From positions 29,683 to 93,682 of the forward strand of contig NW_005201851.1 in NCBI RefSeq assembly GCF_000372725.1: 64,000 nucleotides of DNA, given 5' to 3'. Shown piece by piece: positions 58,424 through 64,000 of the stretch (its first letter is position 1; each line of letters starts with the position of its first letter). The position numbers and the translations under genes were made by a program. The notes beneath the pieces were generated by a model. That model did no database searches and was not told the DNA's origin. It saw only the letters and a list, made by a program, of their open reading frames with translations. Source of the stretch: Emiliania huxleyi CCMP1516. Taxonomy: Eukaryota.

Positions 58424-59198
58424 TCAGGCTTCCCCAAAGCCGTACTTGCCCCACCGGCCCGCGTGCCCGGGCTTCATACCCGTCTCCGTTGCCACCTCGG
58501 CCCGCTCGGCGGCGTCTAGCCCCTCGAGGTACTCGATGTCATTATAGCCCTCGGCATCAAAGGCGGCGGCGTAGGCCTGCAGTCCGATCCGCGCCCGGCC
58601 TTCCGTCCACCCGGTGCTTCGCCTCGAAGCGGCCAGTGGAGGGGTGCTCGCACACGCCCATGTAGCCGGTGCTGCTGCTGCTGGAGAGGTGCAAGCGCAA
58701 GCCCTGCTTTTCTGCCACCAGAGGTGCCAGTGCGGGCTCCTCTGCCTTAGCTCTTTCTGCGACTGCCCCGGTGTCCACCTCAGCCGCCTGCGTGGCTGTC
58801 GCCGTCTGTGGCAAAGGCGGCCCTCCCGGCGTGACAGTGTTTGCCGGGTCGATCGCCTGTGTGGCGGCGATGCCGGCAGACGGGGAAGGCGCCTCGAGCT
58901 GCTCGAGTTGGAGAGCGCACTTGTGCCGCCTCTCATTCCAGACCAGCAAGAGGCCGGTCCGGGTGGAGCCGCCATCTGCCGACATATCTTGCGCGATGAT
59001 GCAGCCGTTGCAGCCGCCCGTACGAGTGCACGGCATGCGGATGCGGAGCGTGTAGGCTGCTTGCTGCGCAACTAGATGCTTGACACGCACCTTTCGCAGG
59101 TGGGGCGCGGCAGGATCCTCCCTGTCTTGGGCTCGCGAGAGGCGACCGCTCCGAACGAGGTCTTGCCAGGAGAGGATCTCCTTTGCTGGAGGTGCCAT
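58424..59198 (-). pseudogene. Cys/His-rich N-terminus plus truncated AP2 domain plus SAM domain, out of frame near 58595
   Basis: EKQGLRLHLSSSSSTGYMGVCEHPSTGRFEAK (first half of AP2), then in another frame IGLQAYAAAFDAEGYNDIEYL...GMKPGH (SAM). Confidence 0.65.
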
Positions 59199-60086
59199 TG
59201 GACGCAAAAGCGAGGCGATGGGCGGCCTGCTGCCTAGTCCGCTGCGGCCGGCCGCCCGCTCGGGGAGCCAGGGGATGACGCGGAATGAATCCGATCCCAA
59301 AGTCGTCGAAAGGGACGGCGAAACATAATTTTCGACCAAAGGCGGTGCGCACGATTCACACGCAGACAAGGCGCAGACGACGGCTTCCTGAAGCCGTCGT
59401 CCTCGCTACAAAAGCCGCCGTCCAAATTCCCCTCCTCCGACCACAGAACTTCACAACAAACTCAATGTCAACATGTCAAACAAAGATTACATGCAAGGGA
59501 CATTCTTAGGAGAATTCTTTTGGGGGCCGCTAGCTTGTCCAGGGCGTCGCACGCTGCAGCCGTCTCCGTGCGCGTCCCTGGGATCGCCGCTCGCAGCCGT
59601 TGCAGCAGCGAGGACGCGGGATCTGCAACTTAGGCTCGTGAAGCAGCCGACGCAGGTGCGGCTCGCGCCGGCGCGGGACAAGAAGCTGCTCGTAGTAGAC
59701 GCGATGGTACGGCACACCCGCGATCCTCTGCCTCCATCGCGCGAGCGTGGACTGAAGATCCAGAAAAACAAAGATGCATCCAGAGGCGACGCTCAGAATC
59801 TTGGCGCCTCGCTCCAAAGAAAAGAAAGAAAACAGCCAAACCCAGACGAGGGATGGGGGAGGAGGACAGGGTCCCCACCTGCACGAGCAGGTAGGAGGTA
59901 GTAAGGTGCAGGATTCTGGATTTCTTTTTCGGCAGCTGCCCGCCACCTCGGAGCTGCTCAGCCTGCTCCCAGGCCAGAGTGAGCGCCGCGGGGTGAACGG
60001 CAGTCAACCCGGAGCGCGTCCTCTTGAGTGTGCGCGCGCGTGCGCGCGCGCGCACGCCGGCCTTCTTATTTCCGTCGCGCGAAGAA

Positions 60087-60839
60087 ATGAGGCTCCTCCG
60101 CACCGGCGAGGCGTTTCAGACCCACGGCATGTACTCGCTCTCCGCTGACTCCTCCGACTCGATTGAGATTGACTGCGACGGCGGCCGCGGCCTCGCAGGG
60201 CACGTCTGGGGCGCGGGCGCCGCGCTGGCCGCCCTGCTCCTCTCGCCCGAAGGCCGACGCCGCTTCCTCGCCGACCGCCCTGACGTCGTGGAGCTCGGAT
60301 CGGGCACGGGCGTCGCCGGTCTTGCCGCGGCAGCCGCTGGCGCTTCGTCAGTCCTCCTGACCGACCTCCCGCCGGCGGTGCCCGCGCTCGCCGCCACCGC
60401 CGCGCGCAACGCGCACGTGCTCGAGGGCTGCCACGTCGCGGCGGCGCCGCTGGCGTGGGCGGACGCCTCCGAGGTGGCGCACGCCCTCGCCCCGTCGGGG
60501 TGCGACTTGATTCTCGCGGCGGACGTGCTGTACTCGCCCGACGCGGCGGAGCAGGAGGCGCTGCGCGGTGCGATGCTCGCGCTGGCGGCGCCGCGTGGCG
60601 CGCTGGTGCTGCACGCGTACGAGGAGCGGTGGGACTACGTGCACGAGCCGTGGCGGCGCTCGCTGGCCGGCAGCGGGCTGCGGCTGCAGAGCGAGGAGGA
60701 GCTGCAGGTGCCGACGACCGGCGCCGACGGAGCGCCGACGCTGTTCAGCGCGCCGTCCGAGCTCGGATCGGTTGAGCGGCGGAGGCTCGTGCTGGAGCTC
60801 CTGCGCGTGGACGACGGCGAGGAGGCGCCGGGTGGGTGA
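60087..60839 (+). CDS. METTL21 / family-16 protein-lysine methyltransferase
   Basis: GHVWGAGAALA, VVELGSGTGVAGL, VLLTD, LAW and DLILAADVLY. Confidence 0.88.
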   Translation: MRLLRTGEAFQTHGMYSLSADSSDSIEIDCDGGRGLAGHVWGAGAALAALLLSPEGRRRFLADRPDVVELGSGTGVAGLAAAAAGASSVLLTDLPPAVPALAATAARNAHVLEGCHVAAAPLAWADASEVAHALAPSGCDLILAADVLYSPDAAEQEALRGAMLALAAPRGALVLHAYEERWDYVHEPWRRSLAGSGLRLQSEEELQVPTTGADGAPTLFSAPSELGSVERRRLVLELLRVDDGEEAPGG

Positions 60840-61111
60840 GTGTATACATGTGGTTGTGCAGAAGATCTCGAGCAAGAACTTATTTCATCTTGTTTTGGCG
60901 AGTATGGTGTATGCTCCGGTCGTGTCACGATTTTCGGTCACCGAAAGGAAGGGGGGAAAAGACGTGAAGAAGAATGCAACTTTTTGCAACGAAGAGGTAG
61001 CCTGTTCACATAGCCTGTTCACACCTCAAGCCGACAGTGCCCGGTGGGTGTCTCAAAATCAAGAGGCACCACTTGCCCCCTGGCCTCGCGCGCATTCTCG
61101 GCTCACCAACG

Positions 61112-62958
<1,847 letters not shown>

Positions 62959-64000
62959 AGAGTGGCGGCTGGCGCAGCTAGAGCAACAGCAGGGAGAGGC
63001 CCAGTGTGGGCAGAGGGGGGTCTGCGGCGTTGCACGCTCCAAACCCCGCCCAGATACTGCAACAGGAGTGCAAAAGTGGTTGTGGCGTCGTGGAGCGTTA
63101 AAATTTGTAAGTGAGCGCAAGTAAGCGGTCTCCACACTCTAATTCTAGATACTAAAGTACAGGGGGCTGCGCGAGTGGGGCTAATATTGGGGGATGGGGC
63201 TCGCGTCAGCTTGCTGTTTTCGCCGCCTTCTAGAGGATCTCTCTGACCCCCCTGATCGCGAGTGGCGAGATGTGTGTGTGTCTCGCGCCTTGCGGGGGGG
63301 GAGCGGAAAGGAGGAACCTCTTCCCAAGAGCACCACTCTTGGAGCGCCGCCACTACCACCCAGAGCGCTGCAAGCAGCGCCGGGCAATGACTGACGGCTT
63401 GCCGCCCACCCAGCCCCCCCTCCCTCGGCACACCCCGGCAGCCAATGTGTGACGGCTCGAACCCGCTAAGCCATCCCGCAAGCGGGATGGCCCGCCACTC
63501 GAACCCGCAAGCGGGCGTACGAACCGCGAGCGAGATGTGTTTTCATTTCACTTCGAATTTACAACTTTTACGACATTCCGGCGCTTGCATTTCGGCGCGT
63601 TTGTGACCCTGCGCCATTGATGCCGGGCTGCGCCACCTTTTGTGCCTTGAAGACGCAGCAGTGGGCGGTGCGGTGTGGCTGGAACGGCTGCGGTAGCTGT
63701 GCAGAATGCTTCGTCCCGCCGCCACCCGCTCCGCAGGCAGGTGCGTGCCCAAGATTCTGTAACGTCAACTCCAAAGCGTGGGCGCAAAAATGTGGCTGGA
63801 ACGGCTGCGGGGACTGTGACCGTTGCCTGGCCACTCACCATTGCGGCGAGTGCGCGGGCTTCTGCCCTGGCAAGACGCAGACGTGGGATGGGGGAGGCAA
63901 GTGCACTTGGAATGGCTGCGGCGGCTGCGCACCGTGCTGGCCAGGCCGACGGTGCCGCCCACCGCCACCCACCTCATATCGCCGTGGCTCTCGCCCGAGA

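Overview
GC-rich, intron-rich eukaryotic nuclear DNA. The GC-AG introns filled with 9-10 bp repeats and the GLRLHLS-type AP2 family suggest a haptophyte such as Emiliania (Gephyrocapsa) huxleyi; this is an inference, not a database result. Recognisable genes are an AP2/RING gene with a frameshift, three intronless F-box+RCC1 paralogues, a 5'-truncated IFT81, a myosin, an RlmA-like methyltransferase, a triple-MAPEG membrane protein, an apparently circularly permuted GDA1/CD39 NTPDase, a GT8 glycosyltransferase, a CXXC zinc finger fused to hydrophobic helices, and a METTL21-family methyltransferase. The most striking feature is a multi-exon minus-strand gene (about 43292-35457) whose exons appear to chain FHA, NUDIX, microbial-type PARG macrodomain, BRCT and a minimal ATP-dependent DNA ligase, suggesting one enzyme that removes ADP-ribose and seals the nick. 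A near-identical copy without the ligase follows at 47474-54053. Other notable patterns are a family of about 40 bp introner-like elements, introns that begin with a copy of the next exon, and 3' ends of RLE-type retroelements that abut an AAATTCTT motif also found just upstream of many start codons. Exon boundaries were read by eye and are approximate.
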